Shown: in pieces, positions 1 through 13,189 of the stretch
Position numbering within the stretch: position 1 is the first letter of the stretch
Layout: the number at the start of each line of letters is the position of its first letter
Assembly (NCBI RefSeq): GCF_030028105.1
Contig: NC_092383.1
Span: 87,191,921 to 87,255,920, forward strand
Source of the DNA: Mobula birostris
Lineage: Eukaryota
Length of the DNA: 64,000 bases
Reading direction: 5' to 3'
Translations under genes and position numbers: made by a program
The notes under the pieces: model-generated
What the model saw: the letters and a program-made list of their open reading frames with translations, nothing else
The model's database searches: none
Told to the model about the DNA's origin: nothing

Positions 1-432
1 CGAGCACTGGACGGAAGACTTCTGGCCCGAGTCACTCACTGTACCTCACCACTGCCTTTGATTCTCTCTGGGAACCATCGGGAACAGGTACAATTTAACT
101 TGATCTCCTCTCCTCAAGCTCCAATAGTTCTTGGGTAACCCTGGTTAAGCCGCCATAACCTTTACATTGATTAGTCCACCGGGAAGATAACCAGCTGGAG
201 TCCGTTTTGTCACGCCACTTGTCTGCAGTCGGCCCTTTCCCCTGTAAAAGCCACCTCGATCTCACCTGCCGTTGAACCCCCTGACTTGTCTAGGGTTCCA
301 GCGGAGTACCACGACCTGGGACACGTCTTTAGTAAACAACGCGCCTTTTCCCTGCCTCCACACCGACCATACGATTGTGCTATTGACCTTCTCCCCGGAG
401 CTCCTCTACCCACCAGTCGGCTGTATAACTTG

Positions 433-563
433 AACAACAGGAATACTTCAGATGCTGGAAATTCAAGCAACACATGAAAGTTGCTGGTGAACGCAGCAGG
501 CCAGGCAGCATCTCTAGGAAGAGGTACAGTCGACGTTTCAGGCCGAGACCCTTCGTCAGGACC
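433..563 (-). mobile_element. 131-nt Penelope-like terminal fragment inserted in Gypsy pol
   Basis: Interrupts the pol reading ...PTSRLYNL / SRTERVAM.... Its reverse complement matches the PLE terminal repeat also seen at 13547 and 24771. Confidence 0.8.
528..563 (-). ncRNA. Minimal type I hammerhead ribozyme, intact core
   Basis: Minus strand reads GGUC CUGACGA AGG-GUCUCGG-CCU GAAA C GUC^ GACU. Both core boxes are present, stem II is 3 bp, stem I is 4 bp, stem III is the palindrome ACGU, and the cleavage triplet is GUC. Confidence 0.75.
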
Positions 564-3268
564 TCCCGGACAGAGAGGGTAGCAATGGAGTGTTACATCA
601 GTGAATCTCTCGTGGTGGGCATCATCCGACCCTTATCCTCCCCGGTGGGCGCAGGGTTCTTCTTCGTGGGGAAGAAGGATGGGTCACTGCGTCCCTGCAT
701 AGACTACCGAGGCCTAAATCATATAACCATAAAGAACAAGTACCCACTGCCTCTGATAAGTTCTGCGTTCGAACCACTTCACAGAGCCGCCATCTTCTTG
801 AAGTTGGACCTACGAACAGCCTACCATCTCGTCCGAATAAGTGAGTGGGACGACTGGAAGACGGCATTCAATACCCCTTTAGGCCACTTCGAGTACTTGG
901 TCATGCCTTTTGGCCTCACCAATGCCTCCGCAGTTTTTCAAGCCTTGATTAACGATGTACTAAGAGACTTTATTAACCGCTTTGTGTTTGTCTATCTGGA
1001 TGATATCCTAATCTTTTCCAGCAGACCCCAGCAACACATTCATCATGTCCGTCAAGTCCTGCAGAGGCTGGGGGAGAATAAATTATCCGTAAAGGCGGAG
1101 AAGTGCGAATTCCAGGTCCCCTCGGTCAGCTTCCTAGGTTATAATCATCGAGAGCGGACAGTTGAAAGCTAATCCCGAGAAGATCCGGGCTGTGGCGGAG
1201 TGGCCCAAACCCACGGACCGCAAGCAACTCCAACGGTTCCTGGGGTTTGCGAACTTCTATCGCAGGTTCATCAGAAACTACAGTCAGGTGGCGGCTCCCC
1301 TGACCCGACTTTCCTCACCTGCCATACCTTTCCTTTGGAACTCCGAGGCGGACTCAGCATTCGTGGAACTAAAGAGGCGTTTCACGTCTGCTCCCGTCCT
1401 GATTCAATCCGACCCCTCCTGTCAATTCATTCTGGAGGTTGACGCCTTCGACTCCGGGGTGGGAGCGGTACTGTCCCAATGTTCAGGCCCGGATCAGAAA
1501 CTACATCCCTGTGCCGCCTTCTCTCGCCGACTGTCTCCCTCTGAACGAAATTACGACGTGGGGAACCGGGAGCTACTGGCGGTCAAACTGACGGTGGAAG
1601 AATGGAGACACTGGTTGGAGGGGGCGTAACACCCGTTCATCGTCTGGACAGACCATAAGAACCTTGAATATATTCAGACCGCCAAACGCCTGAGTTCTCG
1701 CCAGGCCCGTTTGGCATTAATTTTTGGCCGGTTCAGGTTTACCCTCACCTATCGTCCGGGGTCCAAGAACGGGAAGCCCGATGCTCTCTCCTGTCAAAAC
1801 GTTTCCGAGGAGGGCCTTCCCAACCCTGAGACCATCCTTCCATCATCCTGTGTAGTGGCTGCCCTCACCTGGGAGATCGAGTCCAGAGTCAGAGGCCCAA
1901 CGGATTCAACCTGACCCAAGCATCGGGCCTCCCAATCGCCTCTTTGTACCTGATTCTGTCCGATCACAGGTTCTCACGTGGGGCCACACTTCTCGTTTCG
2001 CCTGCCACCCCTGAATCGATCGGACTCTGACTCTTCTGAAGAGACATTTCTGGTGGCCCTCCATGGACGCTGATACCCGTTCCTATGTCTCTGCATGTTC
2101 CGTCTGCGCCCGTGGAAAAGCTTCCCATTGGCCACCTGCGGGATTACTTCGTCCCCTGCCTGTCCCTGGTCACACATCGCTGTGGATTTCGTCACCGGGC
2201 TACCCTCTTCATGTGGAAACACTGCCATACTAACTGTGGTGGACCATTTCTCCAAGTCGGTGCATTTTTTAGCCCTCCCTAAACTCCCTTCCGCGCAGGA
2301 GACCGCAGACCTTCTCGTCACCCACGTTTTCCGACCTCACGGAATCCCTTCGGATATTGTCTCCGACCGGGGACCTCAATTCATTTCGCAAGTTTGGAGA
2401 TCTTTTTTGCCTAGCCCTTGGTGCCTCAGTTAGCCTATCGTCCGGGTTTCACCCACAGACCAATGGGCAAATGGAGCGGGTCAACCAGGAGTTGGAGGCG
2501 GCATTACGTTGTATAATAGCCAACAACCCGTCTACCTGGAGCAACCATCTCGCATGGGTAGAATACGCCCACAACTCTGGTCAGCACCGCGACCGGAAAA
2601 TCTCCTTTTGAATGCTCGCTTGGTCATCAACCCTCGCTGTTTCCCGCCCAGGAAGAAGAGATTGCGTTACCGTCAGTCCAGGCCCATATACACAGGTGCC
2701 AAAAAATCTGGGAAGACACACGCACGGCCCTGCTTCGCTCAGCCAACCGGCACCGGAAAATTGCCGACCGCCATCGTATCCCTGCTCCTGAGTATCGACC
2801 TGGGCAGATGGTGTACCTCTCGTCTAGAGACATTCCTCTGAAGAACCAGCCCAAGAAGCTCGCTCCCCGCTTCCTGGGACCTTTCGAGGTTGAGGGCATT
2901 ATCAACCCCACGGCAGTCCGGCTCAAACTACACGTCTATGCGGATCCATCCTACATTTCACCTCTCCCAGTTAAAACTAGTTTCTGTCAGTCCCTTGTGC
3001 CCTCCGACCGAACTCCCTCCACCCCCCTCCCCCCGATCATCGACGACCATCTGACGTACACCGTCCGGCGGTTATTGGATGTTCGCCATCGGGGCAGGGG
3101 TCTCCAGTACCTGGTTGACTGAGAGGGGGTATGGCCCGGAGGAACATTCCTGGATTCCCCGCTCCTACATTCTGGACCCTTCTGTCATCCGGGGTTTCCA
3201 TCGGGACCATCCAGACAAGCCTGGGGGATCGCCAGGAGGCTCCCTTTGAGGTGGGGGGGGGGGTGTAC

Positions 3269-3677
3269 TGTCATGGTTCCATTTGGTTGTTCCCCTTTAA
3301 TGCTCCTTTCTCCCTGATTATGCCCTAATTACAGCCATTAGATTTCAAATTGCTGCTAGTTACTTAATTACAGTACACCTGGGTTGCATCAGACTGAAAT
3401 AAGTACGATGGCGTCACCACCCAGGTCGCCAGTTTGTTGGTCTATTCTTGTGTGATACTTCGTTCTCTCATCCACTTAGAACTGTCAGTCTTAAGTTTAG
3501 TTCCAAGTTCTTCTCTCGTTTCAAGATAGTCCCTGTGGATCCTGTCTCCTTGTCAAGATTCCTCCAGTCTGCTGTTCTACGTTCACGTCTACGCCAGCAT
3601 CCCTAACTCAGTTGACGTGCCGGTGTCCTGCACTTGGGTTCTCCTGAGTCGCCCTGTACAACACCCACAGAGTAACA
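3269..3677 (+). mobile_element. 3' LTR of the chromovirus
   Basis: Starts TGTCA just after the PPT and ends GTAACA. Confidence 0.75.
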
Positions 3678-3925
3678 GCAATCTGGCCTGATTTACCCGA
3701 CGGAGGCAAGGGACAGGAAGGGACATAAATACAGGGTGGCTCCAAGACAAGACTTCAGGCGAGGCGAGAGTTACCGGCAAGACAAGGCAAGGCTTCCAGT
3801 AATGCGAGGCGAGATAACAACTTCAGGCGAGGTGAGAGTTACCGGCGAGGAAACAGAAGGTGGGGAAGGGATGCAAGGACAAGAACAATCCAGCAGCCAC
3901 GCCCTGGTGTCTGGAGGTATTTATG
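3678..3925 (-). repeat. Probable second LTR fragment with internal direct repeats
   Basis: ACTTCAGGCGAGGYGAGAGTTACCGGC occurs twice; ATAAATA-type box on the minus strand. Family not recognised. Confidence 0.35.
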
Positions 3926-3928
3926 CAC

Positions 3929-4150
3929 GTGGCCAAGTGGTTAAGGCGTCCGTCTAGTTAACTCAAGGTTGCTAGTTCGATCCTCAGCTGTGGCAGCGTG
4001 TTTGTGCTCTTGAGCAAGGCACTTCATCACACATTGCTCTAATCTGTGCGAGGAGTGGTTTCCCACACAGACTTCCAATCTACACCTTGTAAGGCACGAA
4101 AATGCCTGACGCAAGCCTCTCGTGGTCTGAGTCGATGGTCCCTCCCTCCC
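3929..4150 (+). mobile_element. tRNA-derived SINE with a CORE-like central domain
   Basis: A box TGGCCAAGTGG (3930-3940), B box GTTCGATCC (3975-3983), then CTTGAGCAAGGCACTT resembling the CORE-SINE domain. Confidence 0.7.
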
Positions 4151-4202
4151 CTATGATATTATCATTAATAGGTTAAATTAATGCTATTAAAATAGTTCTA
4201 CT

Positions 4203-4515
4203 TAAATTTTTATATATATTTCAGGCAGTTCTTTGTTCCTAAAAAGTTCCTCAGCAGAAAAGGTTCTAAAATTTTATCTTGTATTGGGAACAATAAAAAT
4301 CCTGGAGTGAGTAGACCCTTATTGCAGAAATTAAAGGATGGTGGTATGGCTTTGCCTAACTTTAGAATGTACTATTAGGCAATTAATATTCGATATATTA
4401 CTTTTTGGATTCACTATTCAGATATACATAAATGTCCTTCATGGTTGGATCTAGAGGTAAACTCGGTGAAAGGATTCTCTTTGGCCTCTTTACTGCGAGC
4501 TGCTGTTCCCTTTTT
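4203..4515 (+). mobile_element. Older L1 ORF2 3' fragment, left part
   Basis: Encodes KDGGMALPNFRMYY-like L1 C-terminal sequence and resumes at about 10268. Confidence 0.8.
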
Positions 4516-7500
4516 GAGGCAGACCGTGCCCGTCTGCAAATGGAGTATCGGCAATCTTGTGCTGCTTTTAGTTTTGTCTCTCTCCCCCTAGGTTAAACTT
4601 CGAATTTAAAATTTTTATTTGTTGGTTCTTGAGGGGGAACAATATGCCTGTTTATGTCTACGAGGAGTGGGAAGAACCTGTCCGAACCTAGTGACAAAGG
4701 TAATTGGAAAGGAAAGATGCCAAAGGAATGATCTGATGAAATGCCACCATGGGTTGAAGATACTATTCGGACACTGAATTCAATAAAAGATCCAAATAGG
4801 TCAATTAAGGACTAACTGGAAAAGAACAGTAATGAAATGAAGTCATTTTTGGGAACACTTAAGACTTGGAAACTCAAGTTATTACACACAAAGAGGAATT
4901 GAAGATAACTAAGCAAAAATTGTTTGAAGCTACAACTCATTTGGAAAGATATCAAAATAAGATTATAGACCTGGAAACTAGGTCTTGCTGAAGGAAGGTA
5001 TGAATTGTTGGGCTACAAGGAGGAGCTGAAGATGGAGATTTAACTGCTTACTTTGGTAAGCTTTTTCATACTTTATTTCCTACCATATTATCACAGCCAC
5101 TTGTTATAGAAAGAGCACACAGAGCTTTTACTTCAAAATTTAAAGATCCAAATAAACCAAGATCTGTTTTGGTTTGTTTTCATCATTTTAAAATTAAAGA
5201 TCAAATAATATGACAGACAAGAAAACAGTTTTCAGATGTAAGGAATCTGAGCTCTTTTTATGGAGATTATCAGAAGGAGGTAATGGAACAAAGATAAAGA
5301 TTTGCTCTGGTAATGAAACAGGCATATGATAAGAAACTGTTTCCTTCTTTACATTACCCAACAAGAATTAGTTTTTTTCCTCCTATGCTCCTCTTCATAC
5401 ATTTTTTTGATCCAAAAGCCACACGACTTCGTTCAAACTATACCTGCCGCCATGATCGAATGAACTATCTGAAAGGTTGTTTGGTTATCAGTATATTTTT
5501 TTTGCATTTTGGAAAGAAGAATTATGAAGGTTACTTGGATATTCCATTGAGAGACTAATAGAAGATAAGGAGATTTGTTCATTATTGCATATTATTGGTT
5601 TTCTTTTGAAAAGAAGATCTATGGTTCCAGTATGCCTGTTTAAGTGGTTACTCGGACATTCGACTGGGGAAAGAAGATAAAGGGATTTGTTTCTTTAACC
5701 TAATATCTGGTTTGTTTTGCTTCTTTCTATATTAACTAATTGGTAGTTTTTCCCCCACGAATGGGGCTTCTTATATATGAGGGTTTAATTACGGTATTTA
5801 GTATTTTTGAAAATTTAGCTGGGTTAAATATGCTATTAACTTTTTTCTGCTTTATTATAGTGTCTTATAAACGATTTAATGTTTAAGGATTTGATGTTAA
5901 ACTTAAAAATGGCATTGATTTTTCTTTTTAAGAGATAACATTACTTTGGTTCTTTCTTGTTTAATAGATGCTGGAATGTAAATGCTTTCCTTTGAGACTT
6001 TATTGTTCTTTTTACAAGGTCACTCGGTTTTTTTTTACTAACTGGGGGATGGAAAGAAAATCCTTAATTTATTTTTTTCGTACAGACAGAGCAATCCCTG
6101 GCTTCGTATTCAATCTTAGCTTGCTTGCCTTTTTTTTTCGGGCTATGGGGGGAGAGGGATGGGGTTAGAGTTAGGGTTTTTTTTCCCCATTGGGTGGTTC
6201 CGGAGCATGCGTGTTTTCTATGTGGTTGTATTCTTCATCGCTGCCATTTTTGATCATCCCGTATTGGTATGTGCTCTGCACATGTATAAAGTAGAATAAA
6301 ATTATAGTATGGTACTTAAAAATGGATTAATGTAATAAGTTGGAATGTACATGGTTGGAATCATCATAACAAACAAAAAAAAAGACTTCTAAAATTATTA
6401 ACTGATTCCAACCTGATATAATTTTTGCTCGAGACACATATCAGGGCAGGAGATCAAAATAGATTTTTTTTGGATGGTGGAGAAGTTTGCAGTTTCACTC
6501 TACTTCTCAGAGTAAAAATAAAGGTGTGTCCATCTTTATTAAATCCATTATATTTATTCAAGAGGATATTGAGCCAGATTCTAATGGTAGATTTTTAATT
6601 GCTAAAGGAGCGATCTGTAACAGAAAAGTTGTTTTCGTCAATCTGTACGGTCCTAACTTATATGATCCTTTTTTAAAAAGGTGTTTGCTTTGCTGCCTGA
6701 TTTAAATGAATATATGTTGATAATGGGTGGGGATTTTAACTGTTGTTTAAATCCTTTGATTGATAAGAGCTCAACCAATCAGTGACATCCAAATCGCTCT
6801 GCGTCACTAATTATCTCCTTTTTGACTGATTTTAGATTGATTGAATTATGGAAGTATCTGCACCCTGATAACAGAATATTCTTTCTTTTCACAAGTTTAT
6901 ATATAAAAAAAAATTCGAGGATCGATTATATTATAATCAATCCCCGCTTCTTGCCTGGTGTTTAAAAATTGTGAATATGATGCTATTGCTATATCTGATC
7001 ATGCACCTGAGTTTATCTTTTGAATTTGATGTCATTCTTGCCCGCCCACCATGGCGCATGTCTCAGACATTATTGCAAAACTCTGACTTTGTCAGTTTCA
7101 TTGAAACCCAGATAAAATATTTTTTTTCTTTTTAATGATACAGGGGGTATGTCCAAATTAATCACGTGGGATACATTTAAAGCATTTTTGTGGTCAGATC
7201 ATTTCTTATTCAGCTAAGCTTAAAAAAAAAGACTAAAGTAGAATTAGATAAGATTTCAAAACAAATTAAAGGCTTAGATAAAATTCATGCAATTTCCCCT
7301 AACATTGATTTATTCAAACCAAGGGTGGAACTTCAATCACAATGTAACCAATTACTACCTCATCCCATTGAAGGCTATTTGCTCAAGTTAAAGAGCCAAT
7401 TTTATATGTTTGGAGATAAAAATAACAAACTACTGGCATCTCAGTTTAAAAACGGCCAGAGCCAAAAGGCAAATTTTGAAAATTTGTAGGAAAAATGGTA

Positions 7501-10267
7501 CCCTGGCTTGGGAATATGCAGAAATTAATAAGTTTTTTATGCTGAACTTTATAAATCTCAATGTCCAGTAGATTCTTCTGAAATGAATGCTTTCTTATGA
7601 AAGATTGCTTTTCCTAAAATTTCTGTTGAGGATCAAAAAACTCTTGATGCCCAAATTACTGAAGCCAAAATTCATAAAGCTATTTTTTCAATGCAATCTG
7701 GTAAGGCCCCTGGACTTGATGGTTACCCCGTAGAATTTTATAAAACATTTGGAAAATTGCTTTTTCTCTATATGTTGGAAATGTTTAAGGATTCTTTTGT
7801 GAAAGGTGATTTACCCTCTACTTTCTGAGGCTTCTATTTCGTTAATTCTTAAAAAGGATAAAGATCCTACTGACTGTGCCTCATGTGGACCTATTTCATT
7901 ATTGAATGTTGATGCTAAGATTCTGTCAAAGATAATGGCCAATGGGTTGGAGAATATTTTAGGTAAAATTATTTTTAAAGATCAAGCAGACTTTATAAAG
8001 GGTTGTTATTGTTTTTCACAAGTTTGGAGGCTATTTAACATTCATCCTCTTTGAAAACTCCACAATGCATCTCCTCTGTGGATGCTGATAAAACATTTGA
8101 TCGAGTCGAATGGGATACTACTTGTTTCAGAGAAATTTGGCTTTGGTGTTAATTTTAATAATTGGATTAGAATGATATATAAAGCTCCTATTGCTACTGT
8201 TGTCACTAACAACTGTAGTTTTCCTTTTTTCAGCTTTCACAGGGGACAAGACAAGATTGTCCATTAAGTCCTTTGTTATTTAATTTAATATTAGAACTCC
8301 TTGCTATTGTTCTTTGTGAAGCTAAAAATATTCATGGGGTTTGTATGAATGAGACCTTTCATAAGATTTCACTTTACGCTGATGATTTATTGGTTTATAT
8401 ATCTAATCCCGAAGAATCTTGCTAAAATTATTCAATGGATTTGGAGATTTTTCAGGATGTAAAATAAATTTTAGTAAAAGTGAATTGTTTCCTTTAAATG
8501 AATCTCTCTATATATGATAATACTCCTTTCAAAGTCAGATTCTTTTTGATATTTAGGTGTTATAATCACTAAAAATATAAGGATCTTTATAAAGTCAGTT
8601 TCATTCCCTTGGTAGACTCTATGAAGTATTTATTTAGTAGATGGAGTCCACTTACATTTTCACTTGGTCATATCCATACAGTTAAAATGATGATCTTACT
8701 AAAATGTTTGTTTATTTCAGAATATCCCTGGTTTTTGACTAAAGTTTTTGATTAGATTGATTCTATTATTTTATCTTTCATTTGGAATAATAAGAGACCA
8801 AGTATTAGAAAATGTCACTTACAAAAGTTGAAAAAGGATGGAGGTCTTGCTTTGCATAGTTTAAGAATGTATTACTGGGCTGTTAATGTGCAATCAATGT
8901 CCTTTTGGTTATATTGGGTTGATGAGAATGATCAGACAATTTGGGTAGACCTGGAATTCAAAGCCGTGAAACAGTTTCATTTAACCTTGTTATTGGGAGT
9001 TGCTTTACCTATACAATTAGCTAAAGTTACTAATTTAAACCTATATTCTGTGATTAAGCATTCTTTACAAATTTAGCTCCAGTTCTGCAATCTTTTTAAT
9101 CTTAAATTAAACTACAAAGTTTAAATTTTTTATTGAAATTACGTTTTTAAGCCTCCTTTGAGTGATCTGATTTTTTTACTTTGGAAAAATAAAGGTATTA
9201 ATCCTTCTTTGGATTTATTTAAAGAAGATAGATTGTCTTTTGAACAATTAGTTGATAAATATTCTCTTTCATACTCACACTTTTTACAATACCAAGTTAG
9301 ACATTTCTTACAAAAATATTTAAGTAATTTTCCTTACATATTGGAAGGTGATCTGTTAGATACTTCAACAAAGGGTTCTATTGGAAGAATTTATAATTTA
9401 TTATTACAATGGAGTAAACATCTGTTATTTAATACTAAACAAGATTGGGGAAAAGGAACTCAATTTGACTTTTATGATGGAGGATTGGACGCGGATTCTG
9501 AAGCTGGTTAACTCTTCGATCTGTGCTAGTTATTCACTGATTCAATTTAAAATTGTACATCGTTACCATTTGACAAAGGAGATTGTCTGAAATATTCCCT
9601 CATGTTGATAGTTATTGTGATAGATGTAAAACTGAGACAGCTACACTGACACATGTATTGGTCTTGTTCTATATTGGAAAAGCTCTGGAAGTCAGTTTTT
9701 TTGACTATTTCTAAAGCACTTAAAATTAATTTACAACCTAACAAATTAACTATGCTACTTGGAATAATTCCTCAAAATATCCGTGGTATCTCTGTGTCTG
9801 ACCAACATGTTATTGCATTTGTTACATTGATAGCTAGGAGAGCCATTTTATTGAAGAGGAAGGATACATCAGCTCCCAATTTGTCACAATGGTTCTCTCA
9901 AGTGATGCTATGTCTTAGTTTGGGGAAAATTAGAAGTCAAGCTTTTGAACCTTTATTTGATTTTGAGAAAAGATGGGGATCATTTGCTTGTTATTATCAT
10001 TTGAGTTAATTGATAGATTTCCTCCACAATCTAATTGTAAATTTTTTCTTGCTGGAAATTTGATGCTTATCTCTAGAAGCTTTTTGTATGACACACAGCT
10101 CCGGGTTGTACACCAAATAGGTTTTTTCCCCACTTTTTCTGCTTAGTGGGTTTTTTATTATCACCAAAAATTTTTCAATCCTTTTTTTCCTTGAGACATT
10201 GTAAGTGTCATTTACTTTGATGTACTTGTGCTATTTTTGAATAATATAACAATGATGAAAAGATTTG
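4516..10267 (+). mobile_element. Near full-length L1 (ORF1 about 4700-5470, ORF2 about 6325-10009), decayed
   Basis: ORF1 IERAHR-like motif; endonuclease pieces (FHSTSQSKNKGVSIFI, NLYGPN); RT pieces ([21 protein letters not shown]); C-terminal Cys-rich region; A-rich tail. Many stops. Confidence 0.92.
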
Positions 10268-11560
10268 AAAAGGATTGTCTTTGGCCTCTTTACTGGGAGT
10301 TCTTCCCCTTTTTTTTCCTAAGATTAGCAGACAAGAATTTAATCCCATTATTAAACATACATTAAGAATTTGGTTTCAGTTTCATAGATTTTTTGAGTGA
10401 AATAATTTTCTTGTAATATCAATCTCAATTATTTTTAAACCATCAATTTTGGATAAGGCCTTTTTAATTTGGAAAACCAAGGGAATAATAACTTTTTCAG
10501 ATTTCTTTTTAGGGGACTGTTTAATTTTTTTGAGTTGGTGGATAAATATGATTTATCTAATGTACACTTAGATATTTACAAATTAGGAATTTTTTGTGGT
10601 TTGTTACCAAATCATCCTTCTGCTTATCCACCTAATATGACAGATGTTCCCTTTCAGTTTAAACGATTTCAAAAAGGGTTGATAGCTATAACCTATAAAT
10701 GGTTATTGAGTTCACAAATAAGATCTGATGATAAAATTAAACGCACTTGAGAATTGGAACTTCGAGTCATTTTCAGATAATCAATGGAGTAAAATTTTTT
10801 TATTCAGTTACCAACTCTATTTGTGCCCTTCATTCCTTGATACAGTTCGAGGTAGTGCATCGGGCCCATATGTCAAAGGATAAACTAGTGCATACTTTCT
10901 CTAATATTAATCCTATTTGTGACAGAAGTAATACTGAGCTGGCCACTTTAACTCATATGTATTGGTCTTGTATAAAGCTAGATAACTTTTGGAGAAATGT
11001 TTTTAAACACTATCAAAAGTTTTGGATCTGTATCTACAACCTAATTTGCTTATGGCAATTTTTGGGATTATCCCATCAGAAGCAGGAAATACTCCTGTTT
11101 CTGCTCAACGTATGATGACCTTTTTGACCTTACTGGCTAGGGGAGACATTTTATTGAAGTGGAAGGATTCTAATCCACCTATGGTCTTTTATTGGCTCTC
11201 CTCCATTATGTCTTGTTTAAGTTTAGAGAAAATAAGAAGTTAGACATTTGATACTTCCTTTAAATTTGAGCAAATATGGTGACCATTTATCCAATATTTT
11301 CATTTAATATGATTTATACTCTTTCAATTTTTTTTCTAAGTTTTAGATTTGATCAGAAAGTCTTTTTCTTTTTTGGTCGTATCCTCAAATTGCACTGCTC
11401 AGTCCTTTTTTGTTTTGTTTTTTTATAGTGTAGTGGGGTTTTTTTGTTTCTTTTCATTTAAAATCAATATTTTTTCCTTTTCATAAACTGGTAAGAGGAA
11501 AATTATTTTCATTTTTAATATATATTTTATACTAGTTTAACAATATGATTTTGACAATGT
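10268..11560 (+). mobile_element. Older L1 ORF2 3' end and 3' UTR, right part
   Basis: SICALHSLIQFEVVHRAHMSK and THMYWSC (L1 C-terminus), continuous with 4203-4515. Confidence 0.85.
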
Positions 11561-11689
11561 CTATCTCAATTTTGGTTTATATTGTTACTGATTATTTATA
11601 TTTTTTCGAACTAATTCTCCTCTTGATTTTATTGATTTAAGGAAAGCATAAATACAAAGATTGATAAAGAAAAGAATGCATTGGGGAGA

Positions 11690-11950
11690 CTGCTGCCTGG
11701 GAATGAGTGCTTCACTCATTGGATTGATTGGATTGGCTGGGGTGAATTTGTCTGAAACTAAAGAGGAAAAGAGGAGACTTAATTGAGTTGTGGAAAAATT
11801 ATAAAGGGCATCAAATGTATGAAAAGGAATCATTGTGATCACTTAGATGAGGTCTTAAAAATAGGGGTCCTGGGTTAAAAGTTAACTGTTGTTAGGATTA
11901 GAGGGGGAATGAGGAGAACACTTTTCTCCCAGGGAGGAGTAGGAGTAGTA
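11690..11950 (+). mobile_element. Degenerate CR1 3' fragment
   Basis: Resembles the clearer CR1 3' segments at 29220 and 51585 (GGAGACTTAATTGAG..., ATGAGGAGAACACTTTTC). Confidence 0.55.
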
Positions 11951-13029
11951 GTAACATAATCACTTGACTCATGTATGTCTATTGGTGAGTCCTCAGGTGG
12001 CTGCAGGATCCACATCATCACAATTCTGACCCCTACACCACTTGCTGTGTCAATCTGACATGATATGGTGGATTTCCTTAATGGAGGACACCTGTGCAGG
12101 ATCTTGTTTAATGTAGGGAGGCTGATGCATGGCCAGCCACAACTTGGTCCTTGACAGATTTCGGTTTGGGTCCAATAGCATGGAATGCAAGATGACTGAT
12201 GGACCCTTCACTACTGCCGCCTTCCTCCACCATCTCTGCCGTTGTGATGTCATCATCTTCCACTAGTTGCACCTTTGAGGTCTTCCTTGGATCCCTTGTT
12301 GTCTGCAACCCCCCATTGAATTTTCCACCAACGGAGACCAGACCAGGAGCTACCCCCCCGGACAACATCACTCACAAGTCTCTCCAACATGACAAGGTGA
12401 CAATCCACCGAGAAGTGAGGAAGTGGTGCAGTTCTGGATCTCACTTCCTGAAGGGTTTGTAGAGGCACAAAAACAGAGCCTGGAAGATGTATTTGAAGAG
12501 CCGTCACCTGCCAGGCAGAGGACCCAGGGAAGACCAGAACATTGAGTGCTTTTTCGACCAGTACTGAATAGAGGGCTGAACAGCCTCCTACATTGTAAAT
12601 TTTATGATCCTGACCAGGAAAACAGAAGTGTAACTGGATATTTTATTTTATTGACAAATTCTGGTGACATATGTCAATGTTCTTTTTTTGCTATGTTACG
12701 AAACCAGAATATGTGAGGATTACTTTGGGGTTTAACATTTTCTGCATATATAGTACTTTGACATTGTCCTCAAATTTTGAGTGAAAATAAATAAACTATT
12801 TTTCAGATCACATCAGCTTTCACACTACAATGAAATCATCATGGAACAGTTAGACAGAATGCATTACTTCTCCAATATGTGTAAATTTATGGCAACTGTT
12901 ATCTCTTGTACTGGGATTTTATCTGCTGCAGAGAATCACACAGCACAAACTGGATAGATTCCACTTTGAATAACATCTGAAGTTCTAACCAGGTAAACAA
13001 TGATAATGTGGATTTATAAACCCAAGAGA

Positions 13030-13150
13030 ATTAATAGATGCTGGAAATCCAGAGCAACGGACAAAATATGCTGATGGAATTCAGCCAGTCACACAGTATC
13101 TATGGAAAGAAAAAGCAGTTAAGATTTTAGGCAGAGACACTTTTTCAGAA
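13030..13150 (-). mobile_element. Degenerate PLE terminal repeat, inverted relative to 13190-13735
   Basis: Reverse complement matches the GATGCTG...GAGTTCCTCCAGCA-type terminal sequence; hammerhead core decayed. Confidence 0.6.
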
Positions 13151-13189
13151 CTGGATTATCATGAAATATCATGATATATTGTGGAAAAA

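Larger units (their letters stand above)
1..3268 (+). mobile_element. Ty3/Gypsy chromovirus (sushi/Tf2-like) internal region: protease end, RT, RNase H, integrase, chromodomain; decayed
   Basis: ORF pieces contain [21 protein letters not shown] (RT), [15 protein letters not shown] (RNase H), [21 protein letters not shown] and [10 protein letters not shown] (integrase) and [10 protein letters not shown] (chromodomain). Several stops and frameshifts. Purine-rich G-run PPT at about 3249-3263. Confidence 0.95.

Noticed and set aside
474-1629. PEG10/RTL1-like domesticated gene
   Set aside because: Multiple stops and frameshifts, a PLE insertion and an attached LTR indicate an ordinary decayed chromovirus.
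3929-4000. tRNA gene
   Set aside because: A and B boxes are present, but I could not form an acceptor stem and it runs into SINE body sequence.
12807-12991. Possible exon of an upstream gene (TTTCAG ... CAG|GTAAAC)
   Set aside because: All three frames hit a stop before the donor and the peptide is not recognisable.
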